A stretch of DNA of 64,000 nucleotides, taken from the IMG/VR virus record IMGVR_UViG_3300027970_000021, positions 1 to 64,000 of that record; one strand, written 5' to 3'. Shown in pieces: positions 40,195 to 48,828 of the stretch (its first letter is position 1; every line of letters begins with the position of its first letter). The notes beneath the pieces were generated by a model that searched no databases, was not told the DNA's origin, and saw nothing but the letters and a program-made list of their open reading frames with translations. A program made the translations under genes and the position numbers. This DNA is from an uncultured virus (IMG/VR IMGVR_UViG_3300027970_000021). Lineage: Duplodnaviria > Heunggongvirae > Uroviricota > Caudoviricetes.

Positions 40195-40783
40195 CTTTTG
40201 CCCCCTGGAATCCCGGATCTCCGGGCCTACGAATACCCGTGTCAATGATTAATTGCAGGGGGGCTTGCGCATCCCCCGAAATTTTGACCTTGCTTCCCCA
40301 GTTTTCGGGGTCGAGTTTTTCCGCCTGCCACTTCAAAGTCTCGACCGCGAGTTTAACTCCCGCAACTTCATCCTTGCCCGGCTCTGTAAGGGCGCGATTG
40401 ACTGCATCCTGGGCAGCGTTTTCCGCTGCAATCTTTTTTGCAAGCTGGACCTTCTCGCGGAAGTTCGGTTTGTCCGTCATCCACTTCATCAACACGCGAG
40501 CCGGCGGCATGCCTTCAATCTTTGCGACATCCGTAAACGTCGCTCCGCCTTGTACCAGGGAGGCCACACGGTCAGCCAGCCCCATCGAGTACACAAAGCG
40601 TCCGTCAACGCGGGCGAGCTGCTCACGGCCTACCAGGGCCCCTGTCTCGACATCGATGAGGTTGTATTCCTGGATGCTCTCGTCCCATTCCCAGTGGACG
40701 TGCTGGCCCGCCTGCGAGGTTTGCAGGGGGGAGGAAGACGGGGCAAGTTCTAGGTCGAGCGGACGCGGAGTGGTCATTCTCAC
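39941..40783 (-). CDS. terS: terminase small subunit
   Basis: GMPPARVLMKW HTH-like region and ETLKWQAEKLDPENWG motif; upstream of terL. Confidence 0.8.
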   Translation of the reverse strand: MRMTTPRPLDLELAPSSSPLQTSQAGQHVHWEWDESIQEYNLIDVETGALVGREQLARVDGRFVYSMGLADRVASLVQGGATFTDVAKIEGMPPARVLMKWMTDKPNFREKVQLAKKIAAENAAQDAVNRALTEPGKDEVAGVKLAVETLKWQAEKLDPENWGSKVKISGDAQAPLQLIIDTGIRRPGDPGFQGAKDVGGIRDDISGDVEPARALPGEGSGTADRGDQEADSRTPDHGDRGHSEAPAWSDADEEGEAAPLPESGVPELQALDGVAVDHGT

Positions 40784-41135
40784 AGGATACAGGATTTAAA
40801 ACAATCCGGGAACCCGCGACATAGTTGCCGCACTGCGTCAAATGAAAACTGAAAAACTTGTCCCGGTTGCAGTCGGCACCGAACGCCCTAACCGGTCTCG
40901 GGGAATTTGGGGGTGCACCCCTTTGAAAAGACCCCCCGGGGGGCCCCGGCATCCGTCTATCAATGCGCGGCGGGCCGCTCTTATATACTAGACCCCGGTA
41001 CCCTGGGGCGCACACGCCTAGGGGCTCGCGCTACCCTTATCCCGGGGGCGCACATTTATTTCACTTTGCTATTGACAAGGCTAATCACTTATCATAATGC
41101 ACTGACTCACAATGTACCAACACAAAGGAGTTCAA

Positions 41136-41384
41136 ATGAAACGCACCCTTCGTAACCTAACTCTAGGCCTTACCCTCGGCGCCGGGATCCCCGGAGTCCT
41201 CCTCTACAGCGCCCCAGTGCACGCCGCGGCAGGTGCCCAGGCTGCCAAAGGGGGAACTCCCCGAACGATTGATCCCAGGAATCCCTGCCATTGGTCCAAA
41301 ACCCACATTGTATGGGTCCCTGAGACCCGGGGGTGCATGACCCCGGCCGCTTACTCCCAATGGTTGAAAGAACGCGCTAAATAG
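41136..41384 (+). CDS. small exported early protein
   Basis: AAGGAG RBS; signal-like MKRTLRNLTLGLTLGAG...VHA; two Cys. Confidence 0.6.
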   Translation: MKRTLRNLTLGLTLGAGIPGVLLYSAPVHAAAGAQAAKGGTPRTIDPRNPCHWSKTHIVWVPETRGCMTPAAYSQWLKERAK

Positions 41385-41743
41385 ATCGTACATGGCTAGA
41401 TGGCATCTATCGGGGCATCAGGCCACTGAATTCTCAAACATCTTTTTGGTTCCATATATCCAACGCGTATTTTTGCCAGATATCCTTATAATGCCTTTCC
41501 AGAAAAAAGATATTTTTTTTAGAGAAGTATCTGCCCTAGTCACTACTATGCAAATAGATTTTAGAAAATCAAGTACTTAGGGGAGTGACGAGGTACTTTA
41601 GGGCCTCGTCACTGCCCGGTAACTCATACCCTGCTAGATACTATCTGACACTTAGTTAGGTCAGACGCAAATTAAAACCTTGTCCAAACGCCATGCTACA
41701 TGGCATGTAACACACACAACATCTAACCAAGGAGATTAACGCG

Positions 41744-42052
41744 ATGCCTGTAAAATTAGAAACTGTTAAAATTCGAGTACATGCCGCCGGTCAAGTGTTT
41801 GAAATGGAAGAAGGGGATAGCTTAGCGGCACAGTGCCTAATACGTATCCCGGAACTAAGGAAACCCTATGAGCGGGACCTAAAAACGCTCCCGTTCGAAG
41901 ACGCCGCCGAGATGGCGCAACGCTTTGAGGATTGGCACCCCGGACTCCTAGACCTTCCCATCACCTGCCAGGTGTTATCCCTGCATTTGTACCGCGTAAG
42001 GCCCCGGGGAACCGGGAAGTACCGCCGCCTAGTGGCCACGCGCACGTTCTAA
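41744..42052 (+). CDS. hypothetical early protein
   Basis: AAGGAG RBS, 102 aa. Confidence 0.6.
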   Translation: MPVKLETVKIRVHAAGQVFEMEEGDSLAAQCLIRIPELRKPYERDLKTLPFEDAAEMAQRFEDWHPGLLDLPITCQVLSLHLYRVRPRGTGKYRRLVATRTF

Positions 42053-42144
42053 TCCCCCTGCAAATAATCCTTGACTCTCAACGTCCCAACTATCATTATC
42101 AAATGTACCAACAGCCCTAAAAGCCGAATTGGAGCGGCTAAATC

Positions 42145-42399
42145 ATGAAATACCGATTTAAAACCACGTTGATAGCAACCTTGCTCGCAGGGAGCCTTGG
42201 GGTTTCCTCTTCTCCTGCAAATGCGATCGCGAAGCCGCGCATCTCCCTGGAAGATGCCGTCGAAAAGCTTCGTGTAAAGTATTCGATCATGGATGCATCC
42301 GAGAACATGCGTGCACGTCACAAGCAAGAACGAGCGGAACTAAAAGAGCGCCAAAAAACTGAGCGCGAATCTCTCAAGTTCCAATTGGGGCGCAAATGA
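42145..42399 (+). CDS. small exported protein with coiled-coil tail
   Basis: GGAGCGG RBS; signal-like MKYRFKTTLIATLLAGSLG...ANA. Confidence 0.6.
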   Translation: MKYRFKTTLIATLLAGSLGVSSSPANAIAKPRISLEDAVEKLRVKYSIMDASENMRARHKQERAELKERQKTERESLKFQLGRK

Positions 42400-42584
42400 A
42401 AACAAAGCTTGCTGAAATCTTCCGCGAATACTGGAACAACTTTCTTAGCGTTGAAGGCTTTGCATCGTATTATGGAATCCCGGTTTCCAGGGCGCAACGC
42501 ATGATTAATCTAGGCCGCTGGGCGCACGACAAAGGCGCTAAAGCCCCTTGGACAATCCAGGGCCGCAAGGCAGGTAGCAAATGA
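42396..42584 (+). CDS. hypothetical early protein
   Basis: ATGA overlaps at both ends. Confidence 0.55.
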   Translation: MKTKLAEIFREYWNNFLSVEGFASYYGIPVSRAQRMINLGRWAHDKGAKAPWTIQGRKAGSK

Positions 42585-42796
42585 GTAAGGTCCAAGTAAT
42601 TGAACAATCGCGAAGCGTCTTCATTACGTGGGACTTTGGCTCCCTGGGATCAAGCCAACGTTGGCTAAGAAAGATCCGGGGTGCCAAGTGTGTTTCCCCC
42701 TGCAGATATGTACGCAACTTATACGGCGAAGAGTTTTTGCTGCGCGAATATCAAGACAATCAAGGTACGCGTTTTTTAGTGAAGGAGAGTATTTAA
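42581..42796 (+). CDS. hypothetical early protein
   Basis: ATGA overlap with upstream gene. Confidence 0.5.
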   Translation: MSKVQVIEQSRSVFITWDFGSLGSSQRWLRKIRGAKCVSPCRYVRNLYGEEFLLREYQDNQGTRFLVKESI

Positions 42797-43051
42797 ATGA
42801 GACATTACATAAAACTTGACCGCAGCGGCCCTCGCGCAAAATCGTTTGGCTTTGGATCGAACAATAAGATCACGGAAGGCAAGCAGGACTTGACTTTTGA
42901 AGCTGAGTTCTTAACGCAGGAAAAACCCCGGGAGAATGATACACGCAAGTCCCTAGGTTCGGTGCAACTTGTCGTCCTCCCCTGCAAAACCCGAGAGCTA
43001 CGGCATTGGCATAATGGTGTGTGCACGGTACTCGCTATGGTGAAAGTATGA
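42797..43051 (+). CDS. hypothetical early protein
   Basis: AAGGAG RBS; abuts upstream stop. Confidence 0.5.
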   Translation: MRHYIKLDRSGPRAKSFGFGSNNKITEGKQDLTFEAEFLTQEKPRENDTRKSLGSVQLVVLPCKTRELRHWHNGVCTVLAMVKV

Positions 43052-43302
43052 ATGTGGATCTTGGTTACGTGGCAACACGTAGGAAGCGTATACTTGTGGA
43101 GCAATGGGAGTTGCCGTTCGCTACCTGCCAAGTGTGGGAAGCGCATGGACCCCCGGGAGCCCGCCACATTCAGCACAAGTATGCGGCATGCTACTTAGAT
43201 GAGTTTGGAAAGAAGCAATGGCTACGAGAGCCTGAAACTGATTTTGAAACGGTGTCGGGAGCACGCACGGCAATTCTTATCTTCATGGAGACTTTAAAAT
43301 GA
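43048..43302 (+). CDS. hypothetical early protein
   Basis: ATGA overlap start (MNVDLG...). Confidence 0.5.
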   Translation: MNVDLGYVATRRKRILVEQWELPFATCQVWEAHGPPGARHIQHKYAACYLDEFGKKQWLREPETDFETVSGARTAILIFMETLK

Positions 43303-43391
43303 CAGCAGATTACGGATGGAAATTGTGGGAGCTTGCAATTATTGTGGGTCTCATTATGCTAGTTGGAACAAAATTAGGGGTGATTAAATGA
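43299..43391 (+). CDS. 30-aa single-pass membrane peptide
   Basis: Manual translation MTADYGWKLWELAIIVGLIMLVGTKLGVIK; GGAG RBS; ATGA overlaps on both sides. Confidence 0.55.
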   Translation: MTADYGWKLWELAIIVGLIMLVGTKLGVIK

Positions 43392-44083
43392 GTTCAAAAA
43401 GTCGTGTGAGGCCAGGTGTTCCCGCGAGTCGGAAGGACCCTATGCCACCGAAATTTCCGGTGGAGATCCCCCCTGCAAAAAAAGAGCATTGGCAGGAGGA
43501 GCCGGTTAAAGGATGGCTGGACCCCTGGGAGTATTTCATCCAGGATCAAGTCAAACAAAAATACCCCGAATTACTTGCACTCACGCCTAGGCGTATGCAA
43601 GTGGTTGATCCCAAGTGGGCGGGGCGTGACGAGGAGTCCCGCCTGCAATGGTGGGCATGCTTTCTCTGGGCATTGGCGGGCCCTGAATCTAATCGTTCTC
43701 GGACGATGATCTATGTTGAGGGGACGATGGATAAGGACCCCGTGACGGGCTTCCAGGTGCGCTCAGAGGGGTTACTCCAGCTGAGCTATCAGGACGTGCC
43801 CAACTATAAATATAAGGGTGAAATCTCCTGGGAGAAGGATCGGGAGCTTGCGCGCTTTGATTATGAGACGAAAGCGAAGTTCGGAGATGGACTGCGTACG
43901 TTGCATTCTGCTTACGCGAATCTTGACTTAGGTCTCTTCATCATGCGCAAGCATTTGGTTGAATTCAACTCGGATCGATCGTTTGAGGATGCACTAGGCA
44001 AATACTGGTATGTGATGCAAACGCGTAACAAGGAAGAGTTTGCGCAGGTGTTGGCTGGGCTTAAGACTCGGGGGATGCGGTGA
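43388..44083 (+). CDS. lytic transglycosylase (SLT-like) protein
   Basis: Catalytic-type ES (AGPESN), SEGLLQLS motif and ANL..G..IM helix. Confidence 0.65.
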   Translation: MSSKSRVRPGVPASRKDPMPPKFPVEIPPAKKEHWQEEPVKGWLDPWEYFIQDQVKQKYPELLALTPRRMQVVDPKWAGRDEESRLQWWACFLWALAGPESNRSRTMIYVEGTMDKDPVTGFQVRSEGLLQLSYQDVPNYKYKGEISWEKDRELARFDYETKAKFGDGLRTLHSAYANLDLGLFIMRKHLVEFNSDRSFEDALGKYWYVMQTRNKEEFAQVLAGLKTRGMR

Positions 44084-44382
44084 GAATCATCAAATTCGTC
44101 TCACGCGAAATTAGCGGTGGGCAGATTGCGCTCTATCCTATCTATGAGAATGGCAGGGAGGGTGCGCTTGCGTGTAAGTGTACGCCTGAAGTTGCGCACA
44201 TGTTCATGAGCGCGCCAAGCCTTATGCGTATGGCAGAGCAAGCAACTGGCTCCCCGGACCCCATCATGCGCAGTCTCGCGCGTACCTCGCTCGCACTCGC
44301 GAAGCGTGCGCCAGACGTTCTCCCTGCAAATAGCCGCTCTGATGCGTTCATGAGCATCATTAGGGGGCTTCGGGATGGCTAA
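44080..44382 (+). CDS. hypothetical protein
   Basis: GTGA overlap start, 100 aa. Confidence 0.5.
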   Translation: MRIIKFVSREISGGQIALYPIYENGREGALACKCTPEVAHMFMSAPSLMRMAEQATGSPDPIMRSLARTSLALAKRAPDVLPANSRSDAFMSIIRGLRDG

Positions 44383-44776
44383 GCGCATTGGACTCACCAA
44401 GGGTTTTCACTGCATTGTGAGTGATGAGGACTTTGAATGGATCGGATCATTCAAATGGCACGCATCTATTGCAACGACAGATGAGCGCAGTATCCAAAAA
44501 GTATACGCGAAGCGCCGTAGGCGAGTCTCCGAGCCTGGCGAGACAGCCATGGTGTACATGCACCATGAGGTCATGAAGCGGCACTTGCGCGAGCAAGGCC
44601 TTGACGTTGACTTGGAGCTTGCAGGCAAGTACATCGATCACGGGGATGGGGACTCTTTGAATAACACGCGCGAGAATCTTTGGCCTGTTTTGCCGAAAGA
44701 GAACATCCCACGCTACACGCTGATCCATAATCAGCCACGCGTGAAGCGTGCGCTTAAGAAAGCGAGAAGGAAATGA
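44375..44776 (+). CDS. HNH endonuclease-like protein
   Basis: LTKG...VSDEDF...KW...MHHEVM...IDHGDGDSLNNTRENL. Confidence 0.8.
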   Translation: MAKRIGLTKGFHCIVSDEDFEWIGSFKWHASIATTDERSIQKVYAKRRRRVSEPGETAMVYMHHEVMKRHLREQGLDVDLELAGKYIDHGDGDSLNNTRENLWPVLPKENIPRYTLIHNQPRVKRALKKARRK

Positions 44777-45036
44777 CCCCCGAATCCAAGACCCCCAGCG
44801 CGTGGCCGAGTGAGGAAGACTTCTGTCACATAGCGTGGGAGTGTTTCGGCCAAGACATTGCGTCGCATAACTTCAAAGGCCTCTACGCAGTTCTCACCAC
44901 CCGCCTCAAAGACCACGTCATCCTACCAAGGGATCAGGTGGAGAAGCTAAGGGAAGAGATTGTGAGCGACGTTAAGTCTCTGCGTACATTCGACTGCCTC
45001 AACATCCTCGACGCCGCATTAACAAACAACAAGTAA
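44773..45036 (+). CDS. hypothetical protein
   Basis: ATGA overlap, 87 aa. Confidence 0.5.
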   Translation: MTPESKTPSAWPSEEDFCHIAWECFGQDIASHNFKGLYAVLTTRLKDHVILPRDQVEKLREEIVSDVKSLRTFDCLNILDAALTNNK

Positions 45037-45045
45037 AGGAGACCT

Positions 45046-45414
45046 ATGGAAATCAGTGCAAATGAAATTGAAATCAACGGCCAAAAGTACGTGAAGAAAG
45101 GCACACAGTCGCAGGCAACATCGCCTGAAGGACTTCCCTACGTCATCATCCGCAGCGAGGGGGCTGGCGTCTTTGCCGGTTACTTGAAAGAGCAGAATGG
45201 TCAGGAAGTCGTGATCCTTGAGTCTCGTCGTCTTTGGTATTGGTCTGGTGCCGCATCGCTCAGTCAGCTTGCCATTGACGGTACATCGAAGCCCAAAGAC
45301 TGCAAGTTCCCCGAGGCTGTGTCGTCACAGAAGATTTTCAAGGTGCTTGAGATCATCAATGTGACCCAGAAAGCAAAAGACTCGATTGCGAGCGTGAAGC
45401 CGTGGCAACTGTAG
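45046..45414 (+). CDS. conserved phage protein (DUF6948-like)
   Basis: YVIIRS..AGVFAG...SRRLWYWSGAASLSQLA.DG; AAGGAG RBS. Confidence 0.7.
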   Translation: MEISANEIEINGQKYVKKGTQSQATSPEGLPYVIIRSEGAGVFAGYLKEQNGQEVVILESRRLWYWSGAASLSQLAIDGTSKPKDCKFPEAVSSQKIFKVLEIINVTQKAKDSIASVKPWQL

Positions 45415-45623
45415 AGGTTGATTCCGGCTCCGGCGACGGCTCCGGCGACGGCTACGGCTACGGCTCCGGCGACGGCGACGGCTCCGGCTACGGCTCCGGC
45501 GACGGCGACGGCTCCGGCTACGGCGACGGCTACGGCTCCGGCTACGGCGACGGCTCCGGCGACGGCGACGGCTCCGGCGACGGCGACGGCTACGGCTCCG
45601 GCTACGGCGACGGCTACGGTTGA
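45402..45623 (+). CDS. Gly-Asp/Ser/Tyr dipeptide-repeat protein
   Basis: ORF of GS/GD/GY dipeptides overlapping the DUF6948-like stop. Confidence 0.55.
   Translation: MATVEVDSGSGDGSGDGYGYGSGDGDGSGYGSGDGDGSGYGDGYGSGYGDGSGDGDGSGDGDGYGSGYGDGYG
45425..45619. repeat. hexamer mosaic repeat (GGCTCC/GGCGAC/GGCTAC)
   Basis: About 32 tandem GGCNNC units read directly. Confidence 0.9.
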
Positions 45624-45657
45624 TCTATGAAAACTTTTCGCAAAGCCTCCAGCAACC

Positions 45658-46002
45658 GTGCCGCAAAGACGCCGGGGGTGGCGAGTGATTAGCGACTGGC
45701 ACATGCAGGATGACCGCAAGTCAGGGAAAGTGATCAAAGTCCGCAAGACTTTACGCCCCATGGACGAGGCAGCCTCGGATGCGTGGCTAAAGAAGCTCGG
45801 CGAATGGATCGAGGCCAATCCTCCCCCTGCCAGTGGCGTGGCCCTAAAAATGGCAGAAGAGCGCACGACAAACAAGATCGTGTGGTGGGCTCTCAATACC
45901 TACGGTAATGTCCAACTCGCTGCCGACAAATTGGGTATGCTGAGATCAACTCTCTTTGAGCGTATGCGGGCTCAGGGAATTAAATGGGAGCGGAAGAGAT
46001 GA
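45658..46002 (+). CDS. Fis-type helix-turn-helix protein
   Basis: AL...GNVQLAADKLGMLRSTLFERMR.GI; start uncertain. Confidence 0.75.
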   Translation: MPQRRRGWRVISDWHMQDDRKSGKVIKVRKTLRPMDEAASDAWLKKLGEWIEANPPPASGVALKMAEERTTNKIVWWALNTYGNVQLAADKLGMLRSTLFERMRAQGIKWERKR

Positions 46003-46289
46003 TTATTGAAGTATCGACCTACACCGACGAAGACGAATTGGTTGAATGCAAGTTCGATGTTTGGCTCCCCGGAGGCGACGACACTCCGCAAGCGACATTC
46101 GTCGAGGGTTGGAAAGACGGGCCCGCATTGAGAGAGGATCTGTACGATACGGCGTGGCTCAGACGTGCTGGCATCTACGATGAATTAGTCGAGGCAGCCT
46201 GCGCGAAGTATGATCCGGTGCTTGACTCAGAGCTTGCGGATATTGAGAAGGGTGACAACGCCTTGGATCTCGCGAGGGAGCTAGATTAA
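45999..46289 (+). CDS. acidic hypothetical protein
   Basis: ATGA overlap; GGAGCGG RBS; Asp/Glu-rich. Confidence 0.55.
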   Translation: MIIEVSTYTDEDELVECKFDVWLPGGDDTPQATFVEGWKDGPALREDLYDTAWLRRAGIYDELVEAACAKYDPVLDSELADIEKGDNALDLARELD

Positions 46290-46323
46290 AAAAAGGGCTC
46301 CTGGTTTTTAGCCAGGAGCCCTT
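46288..46323 (-). terminator. intrinsic terminator (U-tract on minus strand)
   Basis: AAGGGCTCCTGG-CTAAAAA-CCAGGAGCCCTT then T-run. Confidence 0.8.
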
Positions 46324-46368
46324 AACGGCGTTAACAGATACCATTGGAGCGGACTGAGAGACGCCTGA
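46288..46368 (-). ncRNA. candidate antisense small RNA
   Basis: Lies between a minus-strand promoter and minus-strand terminator; ends estimated. Confidence 0.45.
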
Positions 46369-46374
46369 TCCGGT

Positions 46375-46403
46375 AAGGTACTAGCGCAAATTAAAATCGT
46401 CAA
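46375..46403 (-). promoter_or_regulatory. sigma70-like promoter
   Basis: TTGACG-17 nt-TACCTT. Confidence 0.55.
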
Positions 46404-46439
46404 GTAAGTTTCTGTCCGGGGAGCGGAGGGGATCGTCAT

Positions 46440-48809
46440 TTGTTACAGATTTTGGGGCTGAGGGAAAAGTTCAATTCAAAGCTCGGCATACGTAGACCTA
46501 GCGAGGATTTCTTCGCGAAGGGCTGGCGCGCAATGGACTTGCGCACGATGTTTGCCTCCCTGCCAGATGTGCTGGCGCAGATCCCGGAAGATCAGCGTTG
46601 GAACCTGTTCTACACGATGCACCATGTGTTTGAAGAGCCAGGCCGGCGCATGGAGCGCATGGAGGCCTACGCCTTTGACATCGATCAGATCCCCGGCTTC
46701 TCGGGTACGCGCGATCAGGTACGCGAGATTGCGGGTGTGGTTGCGCGCACGCTAGGCCTCCCCCTGGAAGAACTTGGCGTTGTCTGCAGCGGGAACGGCG
46801 TGCACGTTCTCGTATATTTGGACCCGAGTTGTTGGCAGACATCGCCGGAATATTTTGAAAAGAACCGGGGGCATTACCGGGCAGTCTGCGACAACATCAA
46901 TCGAGCCCTGGATGTGGCGGGCTACGGGGGCGCAAAAGCTGACCCCGCAATCTTTGATCAGGCGCGAATTCTCAGGCTCCCCGGAACCCTCAATCGCAAG
47001 ACGAAAGAGGGGCAGTTACGTGAGCGTAACTGTTACCTCTTGCAGGGGGATTTAAAGCCCCAGAAAATCGATATCTCCGAGCTCTCGGGGATCCCGGAAG
47101 TCAGTCCCGAGGACGCAATCCCCGAGGCGCAGATGGCTAGGTTCCCGGAGCCAGACCCGGAAGGGGTGCTGGGCGGCTGCAGTTTCCTGAAAGAGTGCAA
47201 GGCGCTGCCTAAGACGGTGACGGAGCCCAACTGGTACGCCATGCTCTCGATCATTGGTCGCTTGCCTAATGGCCGCGAGCTTGCGCATGAATATTCAAAA
47301 GGCCATCCAAACTACACCCCTCAGGAGACTGAGGCGAAGCTTGATCAGGCGATGGCCCAAGCGGGCCCCCGCACCTGCCAGAACGTGCAGGATCTTTGGG
47401 GCAAATGTAAGCAGTGCCCCTATTACGGAAAGATTCCGAGTCCGATCGTTATCAAGGGCGAGAACTATATCGCAACCGAGAAGACGGGCTTTCACCACAT
47501 GACGACGGGCCAGGACGGGAGACCGAAGCCTGGCAAAGCCGACTGGGATGGGCTGAGAAAGTTCTTTCAGCGCAAACACCCCTACGCAACGCTTGCCGAT
47601 GGCGAGTATCTAGTGACCTGGACCGGCACCCACTGGCAGGAGTATTCAAAGGTTGAGGCAAAGGCATTTGCGCAGAAGCACTTCAGGCCGGTAGCGGATA
47701 CGAATAAAGCGAATGAGTTCCTGGGAATTTTGCTACGCAATGAGGTGCGCCCCCGGGGTTGGACGCAACATGGGACGAAGGGGAAATTGAACTTTCTTAA
47801 TGGAACCCTGGAGCCCCGTACGATGTCGTTTGGTCCGCACAACCGAGACGACGGATTCATGAACGTGATTCCCTACGCGTATGATCCGAAGGCTGCGGCT
47901 CCTCGGTTTGAAAAGTTCCTTGATGATGTGACATGCGGGCACCGGGAGCTTCGCGAAATCCTCCTGCAATATATCGGATACTCGCTCTCAAACGATGCGA
48001 TATGGGAACAGAAATGCCTCATCCTGCAGGGGGAGGGACGCAACGGAAAATCCACTCTAATGCAGGTAGTGCGCGAGCTTGCAGGTGAGGGTAACTCTGC
48101 GTCGCTGACTCTCACTGAGCTTGAAAAAGACACGAACCGTTTCTCGCTTGACGGTGCGTTCTTTAATATGGCCGAAGAAGCTCCCACGCGTGGGATGCTC
48201 GAGAGCGGAATCTTCAAGACGCTCATTGGCGGCGGGAGCTTCCAGGTAAAGAAGCTTTACTCGCAGCCGTACTCAATTCAAAATCGTGCGAAGCTCTGGC
48301 TTGCGTGTAACGACATGCCTCGCTTCAACGACTTCACGGTGGGGATGTTCCGCCGGCTTGTGATCGTGCCTTTCCAGGCGAAGTTTGAGGGAGCAAACGT
48401 CGATAAGAACATCGGAGCAAAGCTCAGCGAAGAGCTCCCCGGAATCTTCAATCTTGCGATGGCAGCCTACGGGCGGATGCGCGCAAACGGAGGACTCCTG
48501 GATTCGCAATTGGTGCAGGAGCAGGCCGACATGTACCGGCTTGAACAGGACTCGGTGTACAACTGGTGGCAGGATAATGTCGAAGTTGTACCCATGTCGG
48601 AGACGGCCCCCCGGGTTGACTCAAGTAAGTTATTCCAGGAGTACGCAATGCACATGCGCCAGTCGGAGGAGAAGCCTTTGTCTGCTCAGCAATTCCAAAA
48701 GCGTGTGCGCACATTTGTGAAAGATATTGAAGCTAGGCGCGTGCGATCAAATGGCGTGCGTTGGCTCATAGGCATTTCGTTATTGACAAGGCGTATGGAA
48801 AACTTCTAG
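46440..48809 (+). CDS. primase-helicase (primase + PriCT-like + D5/SF3 helicase)
   Basis: FDID, SGNGVH, RILRLPGT primase motifs; CxxC; GEGRNGKST Walker A; LACN motif C. Confidence 0.9.
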   Translation: MLQILGLREKFNSKLGIRRPSEDFFAKGWRAMDLRTMFASLPDVLAQIPEDQRWNLFYTMHHVFEEPGRRMERMEAYAFDIDQIPGFSGTRDQVREIAGVVARTLGLPLEELGVVCSGNGVHVLVYLDPSCWQTSPEYFEKNRGHYRAVCDNINRALDVAGYGGAKADPAIFDQARILRLPGTLNRKTKEGQLRERNCYLLQGDLKPQKIDISELSGIPEVSPEDAIPEAQMARFPEPDPEGVLGGCSFLKECKALPKTVTEPNWYAMLSIIGRLPNGRELAHEYSKGHPNYTPQETEAKLDQAMAQAGPRTCQNVQDLWGKCKQCPYYGKIPSPIVIKGENYIATEKTGFHHMTTGQDGRPKPGKADWDGLRKFFQRKHPYATLADGEYLVTWTGTHWQEYSKVEAKAFAQKHFRPVADTNKANEFLGILLRNEVRPRGWTQHGTKGKLNFLNGTLEPRTMSFGPHNRDDGFMNVIPYAYDPKAAAPRFEKFLDDVTCGHRELREILLQYIGYSLSNDAIWEQKCLILQGEGRNGKSTLMQVVRELAGEGNSASLTLTELEKDTNRFSLDGAFFNMAEEAPTRGMLESGIFKTLIGGGSFQVKKLYSQPYSIQNRAKLWLACNDMPRFNDFTVGMFRRLVIVPFQAKFEGANVDKNIGAKLSEELPGIFNLAMAAYGRMRANGGLLDSQLVQEQADMYRLEQDSVYNWWQDNVEVVPMSETAPRVDSSKLFQEYAMHMRQSEEKPLSAQQFQKRVRTFVKDIEARRVRSNGVRWLIGISLLTRRMENF

Positions 48810-48812
48810 GTT
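48783..48812 (+). promoter_or_regulatory. sigma70-like promoter
   Basis: TTGACA-18 nt-TAGGTT upstream of helicase. Confidence 0.45.
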
Positions 48813-48828
48813 AGTGGGTGGAGCGGCA

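Noticed and set aside
45418..45630. CRISPR array, or PATATA / VAVAG proteins
   Set aside because: Hexamer low-complexity repeat without spacers; those ORFs are alternative frames of the Gly-X repeat.
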